From a virus: 39,583 nt of DNA. The position numbers and the translations under genes are program-made. The stretch is taken from positions 1 through 39,583 of IMG/VR virus record IMGVR_UViG_3300005535_000012; one strand, given 5' to 3'. The notes beneath the pieces are model-generated. The model was given only the letters and a program-made list of their open reading frames with translations, did no database searches and was not told the DNA's origin. This document shows, piece by piece, positions 1-8,277 of the stretch; position 1 is the first letter of the stretch; every line of letters starts with the position of its first letter.

Positions 1-60
1 GCCCCGCTCGAAGGCACGGGCAATGGGGCGGATGAGCGGGCGATGCGCGTAACTGATGGC
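1..60. repeat. 60-nt terminal direct repeat, copy 1 (circular-closure overlap)
   Basis: nt 1-60 are identical to nt 39524-39583; an ORF reads through the junction in frame. Confidence 0.95.
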
Positions 61-1314
61 CTCGAAGCCTGCGACTGGTCCGGCGTCTCTATCGGGAACA
101 AAGCCATCATCAAATACGCGGTGGAGTTGCTCCGAAACCGCGTCCTTCGCAATGAGGATGTGGGAACGGTGGCCGCCGATCGGGCGTTCCCGGCGAAGAA
201 CGGCTATTTCGTCTATGACCCAGAAGGCAATGGGTTTGATCTGTATGACACGGATGCAGAACGCGCCAAAGCGCACAACACGGCCATAGAAGAATGTCGG
301 CGGGCAGCAATCGACGACGGCGAATGGCCGCTCGAAGTGGACAGCATCGTATCTGGAGTCGTCACCCACAAAACCGCCGCGACTAACGTAGACGGCGATT
401 CCTGCGAGTATGCTGCCGCTCCCTCCGCAGATGCAGCGGCAGCGCCGGCAGACGAGCGGGCGGCGTTCGAGGTGTACATGCGCGCTCGGCATCCGCACGT
501 CGAATTGTACCGGCGCGACGTGCGCTCATCATCCCGTTTCGGGCAGTACTGCCGCGAGTTCGCTCAGGAAATGTGGGGGCTTTGGCAGGCCCGCGCGGCA
601 GCATCGCAGCCAGCAGCGGAGCCGATCATTCCGGCCGAACTGCATCACGACACCGCAAAGCTCGTGCGCCGGTTCGCTCGTGCGCTCGCCAACAAGCTGC
701 TGTCCGCGCAGCGCAAGTACGGCTACTCGGACAACTGGATGCGCGACGATTGGGCGGACGAGTGCCGCGCCGAGCTGATGCGCCATATCCAGAAGGGTGA
801 CCCGCGTGACGTCGCAGCCTACTGCGCGTTCTTGTGGCATCACAACGAATCGACCGCAGCGGCAGCGGGGCAAGAGGCGGTGGCGTGGGTTCGCAAGCAC
901 CCTGACACGGGCGAGCTTTCGGGAGACTGGCTCTGGAATGACGCCATAGAGCAATGCCGCAAGAATTCCGGCGTTTGGTTCCCGCTGGGCTTTCTCACCG
1001 CCGCGCCCGCGCAGGTCGTCACTCGGCAGGGGCTGACGGACGAGCAGTGGTACGACCTTGCGTCGCGGCATGCCAATGCCGAATGGAACGGCGACGGCTA
1101 TCTGGCTTCGGTCAAAGCGCTCTGCGATGACTATCGCGCCCTTCTCGCCGCTCAGCAGCCGGAGCCGCGCGCCGAGGTGACGGACGACGAGTACTGCCCG
1201 AACTGCAATTGCCAACGCGACGGGCACGCGCCATGTGTATTCGCTCAAGACGAGGCGAAGCGGCGTGCCAAGTTGGCTCCCATTGAAGCCGGCCGCGCAG
1301 GAGACGAAAAGTGA
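1..1314 (+). CDS. 3' part of the wrap-around ORF; hypothetical multi-segment protein
   Basis: Frame 1 is open from nt 1 (APLEGTGNGADERAMRVTDG...), the same frame as tracked ORF 43-1314; no family recognised. Confidence 0.75.
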   Translation, partial: APLEGTGNGADERAMRVTDGLEACDWSGVSIGNKAIIKYAVELLRNRVLRNEDVGTVAADRAFPAKNGYFVYDPEGNGFDLYDTDAERAKAHNTAIEECRRAAIDDGEWPLEVDSIVSGVVTHKTAATNVDGDSCEYAAAPSADAAAAPADERAAFEVYMRARHPHVELYRRDVRSSSRFGQYCREFAQEMWGLWQARAAASQPAAEPIIPAELHHDTAKLVRRFARALANKLLSAQRKYGYSDNWMRDDWADECRAELMRHIQKGDPRDVAAYCAFLWHHNESTAAAAGQEAVAWVRKHPDTGELSGDWLWNDAIEQCRKNSGVWFPLGFLTAAPAQVVTRQGLTDEQWYDLASRHANAEWNGDGYLASVKALCDDYRALLAAQQPEPRAEVTDDEYCPNCNCQRDGHAPCVFAQDEAKRRAKLAPIEAGRAGDEK

Positions 1315-1400
1315 GCAAATACCAGAAACTCGACGCGCTGATCATCGCTGAGATCGAGAGGATCGACCGTGCCGACGCCCGCGCAGGAGAAGGCCAATGA
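1311..1400 (+). CDS. Small hypothetical protein (29 aa)
   Basis: GTGA overlap with the upstream stop and ATGA overlap with the downstream start; GGAGA upstream; below the ORF-track size cutoff. Confidence 0.3.
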   Translation: MSKYQKLDALIIAEIERIDRADARAGEGQ

Positions 1401-1681
1401 CCGAACCGATTCTGACGCGCGACCAGATCCTAGAAGCGCTCACTATCCCCGGCCTGAACGTCGAAGCATCCTTGGAGCCGCGTGAAGTCGAACTGCTTTG
1501 CGTGGTGATCTCCGACTTGCTGGAGAAGGTTTGCGGGGAGCCTATCTATCAGGCGCGCCAACGTTCTGATGAGGACGATAGGTGGGATGACGTATATGAG
1601 GCCACGCATTTCGCTTGCTCAAACGAGCCCAAGTTTTACGAAACGCGCATCGTCTACGCCCTCACCCGGAGCAAGCCATGA
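1397..1681 (+). CDS. Hypothetical protein
   Basis: Tracked ORF; GGAGAAGG SD; ATGA coupling to the next gene. Confidence 0.65.
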   Translation: MTEPILTRDQILEALTIPGLNVEASLEPREVELLCVVISDLLEKVCGEPIYQARQRSDEDDRWDDVYEATHFACSNEPKFYETRIVYALTRSKP

Positions 1682-1932
1682 AGATCACCGATGACATGCT
1701 GACGGAGTGGTTTCCGCCAGAAGTGAAACCGATCCGCCCCGGAATCTATCTCGTTAAGAAGTTCGCCCACGTGGACTGGCTCTATTGGCGCTATTGGGAT
1801 GGAGATTTTTGGAGAACCGGGATTGTCTATGAGTGCTCAGCGCCTGATACGCGTTTCTCAAAGGGCTTAAGCAAGGCATCGATCCAAGATGTTCAATGGC
1901 GCGGCCTAAACAAGGAGCCACAACGTGACTGA
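1678..1932 (+). CDS. Hypothetical protein (Trp-rich small phage protein)
   Basis: Internal ATG of ORF 1615-1932 that overlaps the upstream stop (ATGA). Confidence 0.6.
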   Translation: MKITDDMLTEWFPPEVKPIRPGIYLVKKFAHVDWLYWRYWDGDFWRTGIVYECSAPDTRFSKGLSKASIQDVQWRGLNKEPQRD

Positions 1933-2242
1933 GAGAGAACTGGAAAATAAGGTGATCACGTTTCGTGATTTGATCAACAACCTGCTTGGCTCATGCACAA
2001 GTTCCGAGAGGATTGATGCTCGGCGAGAACTTGTCGGAGCATACCGGCAGGTGCTCGATGAACTGCAGGTCGCCCGCCGCACCACGCCAGACAGGGAGTC
2101 GATCATCGAGGAATGCGCGAAGGTGTGCGATGAAGCTGCATCACGCCGCTGGTATGCAGAAGATAAAGCGTACGAGGGCTGCGAATTCTGTGCTGAAGAA
2201 ATACGCGCCCTAAAGACCGCCCCCAATGGAGATGAAAAATGA
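1925..2242 (+). CDS. Hypothetical protein
   Basis: Tracked ORF with GTG start overlapping the previous stop. Confidence 0.6.
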   Translation: MTERELENKVITFRDLINNLLGSCTSSERIDARRELVGAYRQVLDELQVARRTTPDRESIIEECAKVCDEAASRRWYAEDKAYEGCEFCAEEIRALKTAPNGDEK

Positions 2243-2334
2243 AACGTTTCGCCATTGCATTTGATGAATTTTGCACCGCCTGTCGCTGGCTGTCGCCATT
2301 CGTCATGTGGGCGACCGCCTACGCAATTTTGCAC
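2239..2334 (+). CDS. Small hypothetical protein (31 aa, hydrophobic C-terminus)
   Basis: ATGA overlap with the upstream stop, GGAGA SD; read by hand. Confidence 0.3.
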
Positions 2335-2344
2335 TGAGGAAAGC

Positions 2345-2752
2345 ATGATCGACATCTTGAAGATGAAAGCGCTGGCGGCGAAATGCCGGGAGCCGGCCAG
2401 TTCTTGGGATGTTTCGTCCACACTGGGGGACGCCGCCAACGCCATCGAATCCCTCCTATCCGAACTCGAAGCCCGAGAAGCGGATCGGCGAGATGCGCTG
2501 CCGGATGGGCTGTGGGTATCGGGATACAGAATGCCTTCTGGCGTCAAGATCGTACGCACCATGCAGATCAAGGGGCCGGATAAATGGAAGGTCACTGATG
2601 GGTTCTCGTGCCTGAACAAGAATGGAGAATGGGAATACGAACCCATCCCAAGTGCGCGCGATAAGGAATTCTTGGCGCGATGCCGGTTCGATTCGGCACA
2701 AGAGGCCATAGACGCCGCCCTTGCGCAACGACAAGAAGGGGAAGAGAAGTGA
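2345..2752 (+). CDS. Hypothetical protein
   Basis: Internal ATG of ORF 2255-2752 preceded by GAGGAAAG. Confidence 0.6.
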   Translation: MIDILKMKALAAKCREPASSWDVSSTLGDAANAIESLLSELEAREADRRDALPDGLWVSGYRMPSGVKIVRTMQIKGPDKWKVTDGFSCLNKNGEWEYEPIPSARDKEFLARCRFDSAQEAIDAALAQRQEGEEK

Positions 2753-2937
2753 GCCAAATCGACGCAAGACAGGTTCGCGTGCTTCTGCTGCAACTGCGCC
2801 AGATGGCAGTCAACGGCTGGAGCGAAGGTATCGACCCGCGTGGGCAATGCGAAAAGATCGTCAGCAGGATAGACGAATTCGCGTTCGCGCATCGCGAGGA
2901 ACTAGGCACTCGTGGTGACGATGGAGATCCGAAGTAA
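2749..2937 (+). CDS. Hypothetical protein, last gene of the plus-strand unit
   Basis: GTG start in a GTGA overlap with the upstream stop; in frame with ORF 2680-2937. Confidence 0.5.
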   Translation: MSQIDARQVRVLLLQLRQMAVNGWSEGIDPRGQCEKIVSRIDEFAFAHREELGTRGDDGDPK

Positions 2938-3036
2938 GTGAAATCAGTGTTTCAACGAATCTTAGAGATCACACGCAAGGAATGGGGATTTGATCACATA
3001 AATACTACAAAGGAGGAGTTGTAATTATTTAAAAAG

Positions 3037-3085
3037 TCCTAGGAGTTAGCATTGGATAATGCTTTCTCCTAGGATATATGTTTTT
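3037..3085. terminator. Bidirectional rho-independent terminator between the convergent units
   Basis: TCCTAGGAG-TT-AGCATT-GGAT-AATGCT-TT-CTCCTAGGA hairpin (3037-3074). T-run 3081-3085 on the + strand; A-run 3031-3035 gives the T-run on the - strand. Confidence 0.75.
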
Positions 3086-3087
3086 AG

Positions 3088-3879
3088 TCAACGCACACGG
3101 CGCGCTGCAATAAATCCCTGAGCTGTTGCCGTGCTTGTAGCAAAGGCCGCAGTAGCTACTAGATAAATAGTCGTGGTAGTAGAAAGACTAAATCTTTGCT
3201 GAGGAACTGCATGCTGCTGCGTTGTATTGGTCGGAAACGTACCGTTGCTGAAAAAGCTCAATGGGTTTGCTGGTAGACCTGCTGACACAGACGAAATGCC
3301 AGCCTGAATACTTGATGTAGTAGTAGTCGCAGCAGCTGAATAATTGAAGGCACCCCAAACATCCCAATCGCCAGCGGTTAGGGTAATGAAAGAAATGTTA
3401 GCATTAGTTGCAGCCGTTAGACTGACTGACCCCGATGTTGCTGTAACATATTCTCCAATACTTCCTGCATTTACGTTATCGCCTAGAGTGGTTCCAACAA
3501 TGCCAGCCGTAGTAGACGGCGTGATGGCTCCGGTAAAGGTCGCTCCCGTCGTCATCGCATAGCTAGAGCGACACGTAAATCCAGTGCTTGTAGTCCAGTT
3601 CAGCGCGCTACCCGATGCGCTGCAACTCGGCATGGCGAATGCTGTGGGCGACGTCGATGAGCCGGTGGCGTTTGCGAGAACCGTATTGGCAGCAATCGCC
3701 GCGATACCGTTGACGCCAATGCCACCCCACGCCGGCGCACTTGACGATCCTGTCGAGACGATTGCTTGACCAGAACTGGAGCCAGTCGGATTAAGCAGTT
3801 GGACCGGCACTGTTGTGGCCGCCAGCACGACCGATGAAAAGAGCGCAAGGAATGCGCCGAATAGTTTCTTCATTCTCAT
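3088..3879 (-). CDS. Sec-signal-bearing Ser/Thr/Ala-rich protein with tail-fibre-like sequence character
   Basis: N-terminus MRMKKLFGAFLALFSSVVLA-ATT (charged n-region, hydrophobic core, VLA-A cleavage-like site); low-GC gene at the end of the late operon. Confidence 0.7.
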   Translation of the reverse strand: MRMKKLFGAFLALFSSVVLAATTVPVQLLNPTGSSSGQAIVSTGSSSAPAWGGIGVNGIAAIAANTVLANATGSSTSPTAFAMPSCSASGSALNWTTSTGFTCRSSYAMTTGATFTGAITPSTTAGIVGTTLGDNVNAGSIGEYVTATSGSVSLTAATNANISFITLTAGDWDVWGAFNYSAAATTTTSSIQAGISSVSAGLPANPLSFFSNGTFPTNTTQQHAVPQQRFSLSTTTTIYLVATAAFATSTATAQGFIAARRVR

Positions 3880-4115
3880 TCTCCGTCAGGGATAATGGCG
3901 CCGTCGCCAATGGTAGAAGATAGGGCTTTATCGCAGTGGCCAGGATTGATCCAGTTTAAGAACTTGCATAGCACGCAGCCCCACTGTCTGCCGGCATTTC
4001 GCGCCTTCGCCGCGCGTTCGCTGATCGTTTCGTTCGGGGAACCACCGAATAACGTATTCCCGGCCTCATCTAGCAGGACTAGCCAGTTCAGGAAATAGCG
4101 GCCGATCTTGTTCAT
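3876..4115 (-). CDS. Hypothetical protein (79 aa)
   Basis: Tracked ORF; ATGA overlaps at both ends. Confidence 0.6.
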   Translation of the reverse strand: MNKIGRYFLNWLVLLDEAGNTLFGGSPNETISERAAKARNAGRQWGCVLCKFLNWINPGHCDKALSSTIGDGAIIPDGE

Positions 4116-4678
4116 TGCTGCGCTCCCGGAGGCGTCGATTTGGCGAGAAGGTCATTGACCTGCGTGGTGTCACTCGTGCTGCCGAACCAGAAGTGAACGA
4201 CGACTAGCCATACAGTGCCAAGCGTGCCTGTTGCAGAATAAATCAAGGCCTTGGCACCTTCCGGAACCGGGTAGACAAACAGACCGATCAATAAACCGAA
4301 GAAGCCAGCAGTGATGAGAAACGTGAGCCATGCCGGCACAATCGATTTATTAGCCGTCTGCATATCGCGAGCGCTGATCGTATCCTGCACCTTCAGCGAC
4401 GCCAGAGTTTCCACATCCTTGAACCCAGCTTGGGCCATCGCCAAGGCATAATCTTGATCTTTTGCCCGCATAGCCGCCAGTTGCTCAGGTGTAGCACCGC
4501 TAATCGCCGCAGCAATAGCATTCTGCCTGTCATCGGTCGAGGCATCCGATTTCGGTGTCAGGCCAAATACCGATTCAAGCGCAGCGAGACCTCCTCCTAC
4601 GAGGGGGCCACCTAGAACGGTTCCAATAGTCGGAGCAAGTTTAACAACGACATTGAGTGCATCTGTCCAACCTGACAT
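4112..4678 (-). CDS. Putative holin (3-TM type resembling the GTA-release holin family)
   Basis: AGGAG 7 nt before ATG 4678. Gly-rich N-terminal hydrophobic segment plus two C-terminal TM segments (WLTFLITAGFFGLLIGLFVY, TLGTVWLVVVHFWF). Lies next to the endolysin. Confidence 0.55.
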   Translation of the reverse strand: MSGWTDALNVVVKLAPTIGTVLGGPLVGGGLAALESVFGLTPKSDASTDDRQNAIAAAISGATPEQLAAMRAKDQDYALAMAQAGFKDVETLASLKVQDTISARDMQTANKSIVPAWLTFLITAGFFGLLIGLFVYPVPEGAKALIYSATGTLGTVWLVVVHFWFGSTSDTTQVNDLLAKSTPPGAQQ

Positions 4679-4711
4679 GATCATGCTCCTTTCACGGTAG
4701 ACCAATCCATA

Positions 4712-5155
4712 TCAGCTCCCCAACAAAAACAAGGCGCGTTCCGCATCGCGGCGTTTTACAAGACCCGGAAGCGTTACGCCTGCGGCATGGATCCATTTTC
4801 CGAACTCGCTGGACGCAGCCTGAGCATCGCCAGAATTAAAAAGACGGAGAAGCGTAGAATTCGAAAGCGCGGTCAGTCCGAGGTTGTAGGAAAAATCCGC
4901 CAACGCGCCCTTCTGTTCATCAGTCATCGGTACCTTAACGATCATATCGAGTTGGCCACCGATAGTGCGCATCCGATTGGTGAGATCCGAGTCAGCCTGA
5001 TCCTGCGTCCATACCGTGTCGCGGTTGATGCCATAACCGGTAGCACCGTAGCCAATCGTCGGAACGAGCCACCCTTTAGCCGGATCAGGATAGGCTTTCA
5101 GCTCACATCCCTCGAATTGCTTGGCAAGACCTATTGCCATATCGAGCCAGTTCAT
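4712..5155 (-). CDS. Endolysin, T4-lysozyme-like muramidase (glycoside hydrolase 24 type)
   Basis: FEGCELKAYPDPAKGWLVPTIGYGATG carries the catalytic Glu and the Asp/Thr pattern typical of phage lysozymes. Confidence 0.85.
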   Translation of the reverse strand: MNWLDMAIGLAKQFEGCELKAYPDPAKGWLVPTIGYGATGYGINRDTVWTQDQADSDLTNRMRTIGGQLDMIVKVPMTDEQKGALADFSYNLGLTALSNSTLLRLFNSGDAQAASSEFGKWIHAAGVTLPGLVKRRDAERALFLLGS

Positions 5156-5595
5156 TGATTTTCACCTCCAGTGAGAACTTTCAGGATCCGCTCGTCGCCT
5201 TCTTTCAAGGCTTGTAGTAGAGCGCGATGGTCAAGCAACATGTCTCGCTGGGCTTCGGCAATCAGAAGAACGCCCTTGAGCGTCTTGTCTTGAGCCTCGG
5301 AGAGTTCTAGCAGCATCCCCAAGATTCGCTGCTGCATTTCAGCCATCGCAAGCAGATTTTTCACTCCATCCCATATCAGCCTGAGCAAGCGAAGTGTTTC
5401 TTCTGCGGCAACTGTAATCACAGCGCTAGCAATAGAAGCTTCGCTAGACAAACTTAAGTTCGTCCCGCCCCAATCCGGATCATATCCCCACGCATAGTGA
5501 AGAAATAGCGAACTGGCGATGAACGTAGATAGTGCTATCAAAAATATCTTCGGTGAGCGAAACCGTAGATAAATTCGATACAAGACCTTACCCAT
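5152..5595 (-). CDS. Membrane protein with coiled-coil C-terminus (lysis-cassette associated)
   Basis: ATG 5595 chosen; TTG 5631 and GTG 5628 are alternatives. TM segment IFLIALSTFIASSLFL followed by a helical Leu-rich region. Confidence 0.5.
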   Translation of the reverse strand: MGKVLYRIYLRFRSPKIFLIALSTFIASSLFLHYAWGYDPDWGGTNLSLSSEASIASAVITVAAEETLRLLRLIWDGVKNLLAMAEMQQRILGMLLELSEAQDKTLKGVLLIAEAQRDMLLDHRALLQALKEGDERILKVLTGGENQ

Positions 5596-5983
5596 GCCGA
5601 AGTCCCAAGTATCCGATGACGATTTCACCAATGAACAGAATGACCATAGCCCAACTCATGCGTCGGTTAAAGCGAACTTCCTTGGATGCAACCATCGCTG
5701 AGCGCTCAGTTTCAAGATCAACAACACGCTGACCATAATGGTCAAGTCGTTCATTCAGGAACTCGTCTCTGTCGAGGCGTTCGCGTATATCGCCCCGCAA
5801 TGCAGCGATATCCTCTTTGGTGGCGATCGATTCACGCAGTTCGCTCATGAATTCATTGAGACGCTCAATATTTTCTTCAGCTTTATCAAGGCGTTGTGCG
5901 TCGTGGGCGCGCTGTCGCCGGATATCTTCGATCTCGGCTGCAAGTTTTTTATCGGCAGCATGAAGTTCTTCAAAGGTAAACAT
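5588..5983 (-). CDS. Coiled-coil protein with C-terminal membrane anchor
   Basis: Tracked ORF; charged heptad-like N-terminal 100 aa, then WAMVILFIGEIVIGYLGL. Confidence 0.6.
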   Translation of the reverse strand: MFTFEELHAADKKLAAEIEDIRRQRAHDAQRLDKAEENIERLNEFMSELRESIATKEDIAALRGDIRERLDRDEFLNERLDHYGQRVVDLETERSAMVASKEVRFNRRMSWAMVILFIGEIVIGYLGLRHG

Positions 5984-6014
5984 GAAATCCCCGTTATCCG
6001 TGTTTTATATGAAA

Positions 6015-8042
6015 TTAAGCGCCGGCAGTATTGACCGACCATCCAAACCCAAGATTCGATGTTGCTGAAGCATTGGAAGAGATGGTAAAAGTGGTTGCCG
6101 TGACAGCACTCACCCAGAAGTTTGAGATCCCGGCTGCGCCAGGACTTCCGGTCGCCGTCAACTGGATTTCATATCCTTGAGGCTGAACATCAAGTCCGTG
6201 AGAAACCACAATGGACGAGTTCCCGGAAAGAAGGGTTGCGCTGCCAGAGTTCGATGTTTTGTAGCCGACATTGTGGTGGATGTACTTGCCAGGGCTTGAC
6301 GAACTTCCGTCAAAAATATTTCCGGCATTTCCACGAATATCACAGTCAGCAATAACGAAATTCGTCGATGAACCTGAATCAATCGTGATTCCATGACCGC
6401 TATTTCCTGTTCCACCACCAAAGTTTCCAAGCGACGCACCGATAATCGACCAATCACTTTGATTTGCGCCTACATGAACTCCATTGGAGTTTTGCTCAAA
6501 AACACCACCTAGGATTCGGAAGTCATCACCTTTGGTAAGCAAGATCCCATCACCCATATTGCTGACGCATTGAGGATCGATGAAATGAATACTCGAACAC
6601 GAACCAGTACCGGAATTATTAATTTCGCACCCATGAGAACCATTATTACCAAACCAGCAATTACTGAAACGTACATTACTTACACTTCCAGTAGATGATG
6701 GAATAATGAAAACTCCACGCTGGACATTACTATCAAAAAATGTATTATCTGACCACACTGCATAAGCGAGTTGAGAAGCGCCAGGGGAAATAATCATGCC
6801 AGTCCCTTGGTGCTGGATCTCGCATTGTACAATTCTTAGATCATTAGTTTGATTAACAACAATACCAAAAGAAGGCTGACTTCCAGAGGGCGCATCCATA
6901 ACAATATTCATGACCAACTGGTCGAACCCTGACGAATTAGCGCCGATAACGATAGAGCGCCCAACTGTGGCTACAGTATTGCGAATCTGTCCATCTCGTA
7001 TAACAGCAATAGTCGAGCTAAAACTTATTGCTGTATATGCTCCAAAGACAGAGAAATCTCTAAGTGTATGGGTAGCACCCGAGGTAAAGTTAAACGTCGT
7101 TCCGCCCGTCCTAGTGACGCTATGAACAATATTCAATCCGGCTATTTCAATATCAGAAGCAGAGATATCGAACAAATCATCAGTCGGAGAATTGCATGTT
7201 AACGTAGTGCCATATTCAAAATCACCAAGAAGCTTGAAATTATTAACAGAAATATTGATAGTTCCGGCGATTAGATAATTTCCGGCAGGAACGTATAGAC
7301 AATGGCCTGACATATTAGCGATTGCATTGTTGAAAGCCGAAGTATCATCGGTAACGCCATCTCCTTTCGCCCCAAAATCTTTTACAGTAACAAAATCCTG
7401 AAGCCTAGATTTAACGGTTCTGGTTACCGCATTTGAACTGCCCTGGTTATATGATAATTTGCTTGACTGAATACCTGCATTTAGAGCAACGCTTGCGTCA
7501 GTAACACTTCCCGACCCCGGGGTTCCTATAGCAATCGTATTTCCTACTTTAATATTTACTTCATTTACACCAATTGGAATCGCCGAATTAAATGTCACGA
7601 CAGTTCCTGAAACAGACCATGTATCAGGAGTCTGGTAGACACCATCAAAAAAGACCCACAGATTTGCCGGGGATCCTGGGGAAGATGAAATCGTGAGAGT
7701 CGTCGTAGTGCCCGGAGTGAAACCAGTCCCAGACAAATAGGCGTTGTCGGTCATGTTCCCGATTAGACCGCTGCTCGTATCTTCCGTGATTTGGTCCCAG
7801 ATCAAGTTGTTAAACTGATCATAGACGACCTGCCGATAAGTACCCGCCCCCCAGATCAATGCTTGCCCGTTCGCATCTAGAACAATAGGATTTGTGTTAA
7901 GGATGGTTTGGGCTGGGTCCTGCCACGTATTCTTGAACGTAGAAGTGTTGGGGATGTAGAAATAGACCGATCCACCAGCGAGCGGCTTCCCGTTCGAATC
8001 GATGAACTGACTTTTTGCATTCGGCAGGATGGTAGCCGCCAT
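6015..8042 (-). CDS. Tailspike / depolymerase with pectate-lyase-type right-handed beta-helix
   Basis: VTVKDFGAKGDGVTDDTSAFNNAI...LYVPAGNYLI motif followed by a long Gly/Asn/Ser-rich beta-helix-like region; phage tail-fibre-type N-terminus; low GC. Confidence 0.8.
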   Translation of the reverse strand: MAATILPNAKSQFIDSNGKPLAGGSVYFYIPNTSTFKNTWQDPAQTILNTNPIVLDANGQALIWGAGTYRQVVYDQFNNLIWDQITEDTSSGLIGNMTDNAYLSGTGFTPGTTTTLTISSSPGSPANLWVFFDGVYQTPDTWSVSGTVVTFNSAIPIGVNEVNIKVGNTIAIGTPGSGSVTDASVALNAGIQSSKLSYNQGSSNAVTRTVKSRLQDFVTVKDFGAKGDGVTDDTSAFNNAIANMSGHCLYVPAGNYLIAGTINISVNNFKLLGDFEYGTTLTCNSPTDDLFDISASDIEIAGLNIVHSVTRTGGTTFNFTSGATHTLRDFSVFGAYTAISFSSTIAVIRDGQIRNTVATVGRSIVIGANSSGFDQLVMNIVMDAPSGSQPSFGIVVNQTNDLRIVQCEIQHQGTGMIISPGASQLAYAVWSDNTFFDSNVQRGVFIIPSSTGSVSNVRFSNCWFGNNGSHGCEINNSGTGSCSSIHFIDPQCVSNMGDGILLTKGDDFRILGGVFEQNSNGVHVGANQSDWSIIGASLGNFGGGTGNSGHGITIDSGSSTNFVIADCDIRGNAGNIFDGSSSSPGKYIHHNVGYKTSNSGSATLLSGNSSIVVSHGLDVQPQGYEIQLTATGSPGAAGISNFWVSAVTATTFTISSNASATSNLGFGWSVNTAGA

Positions 8043-8055
8043 TTCGATGTATCCT

Positions 8056-8075
8056 AAGGAAAGTGGAACATGCAG
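8056..8075 (-). terminator. Weak hairpin plus T-run after the ejection-protein gene
   Basis: Minus strand AAGCA-AGAAA-TGCTT followed by TTTTG; only a 5-bp stem. Confidence 0.3.
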
Positions 8076-8277
8076 CCGCTCTAGCGTGCTGCGTGTCTCT
8101 GCCCTTAGGAGACTCTTTACGGGCGACTACCGCCGATAGGTTGGCTAGACCATGACCCACGAACTTCTGGCGATATTAGACAGTATCGCGAAAGAACATT
8201 CCGCTCAGCTTGGCTTCATCGCCATTTCTTGCGTGATAGGCTTCTGCGGCGCCTTCAAAAAAGCATTTCTTGCTTCG

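Noticed and set aside
1291-2760. Recurrent gene junctions ending ...G(D/E)EK followed by (A/G)TGA starts, as possible recombination boundary cassettes
   Set aside because: The purine-rich codons GGAGAYGAAAA double as the SD for the overlapping downstream start. That explains the similarity without invoking a mobile junction element.
1906-2892. 328-aa minus-strand ORF
   Set aside because: It is antisense to a series of translationally coupled plus-strand genes, has Ser/Arg-rich composition typical of a GC-rich antisense frame, and lacks an SD.
2939-3025. 28-codon AT-rich ORF (GTG start) between the last plus-strand gene and the terminator
   Set aside because: It is very short, has only a distant GGAG, and sits in the terminator-proximal spacer. 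There is not enough support to call it.
3088-3879. Diversity-generating retroelement target (as in BPP-1-type podoviruses with P22-like heads) or a retron
   Set aside because: There is no reverse-transcriptase ORF anywhere in the genome, and I could not find a template-repeat copy of the 3' end of this or any fibre gene.
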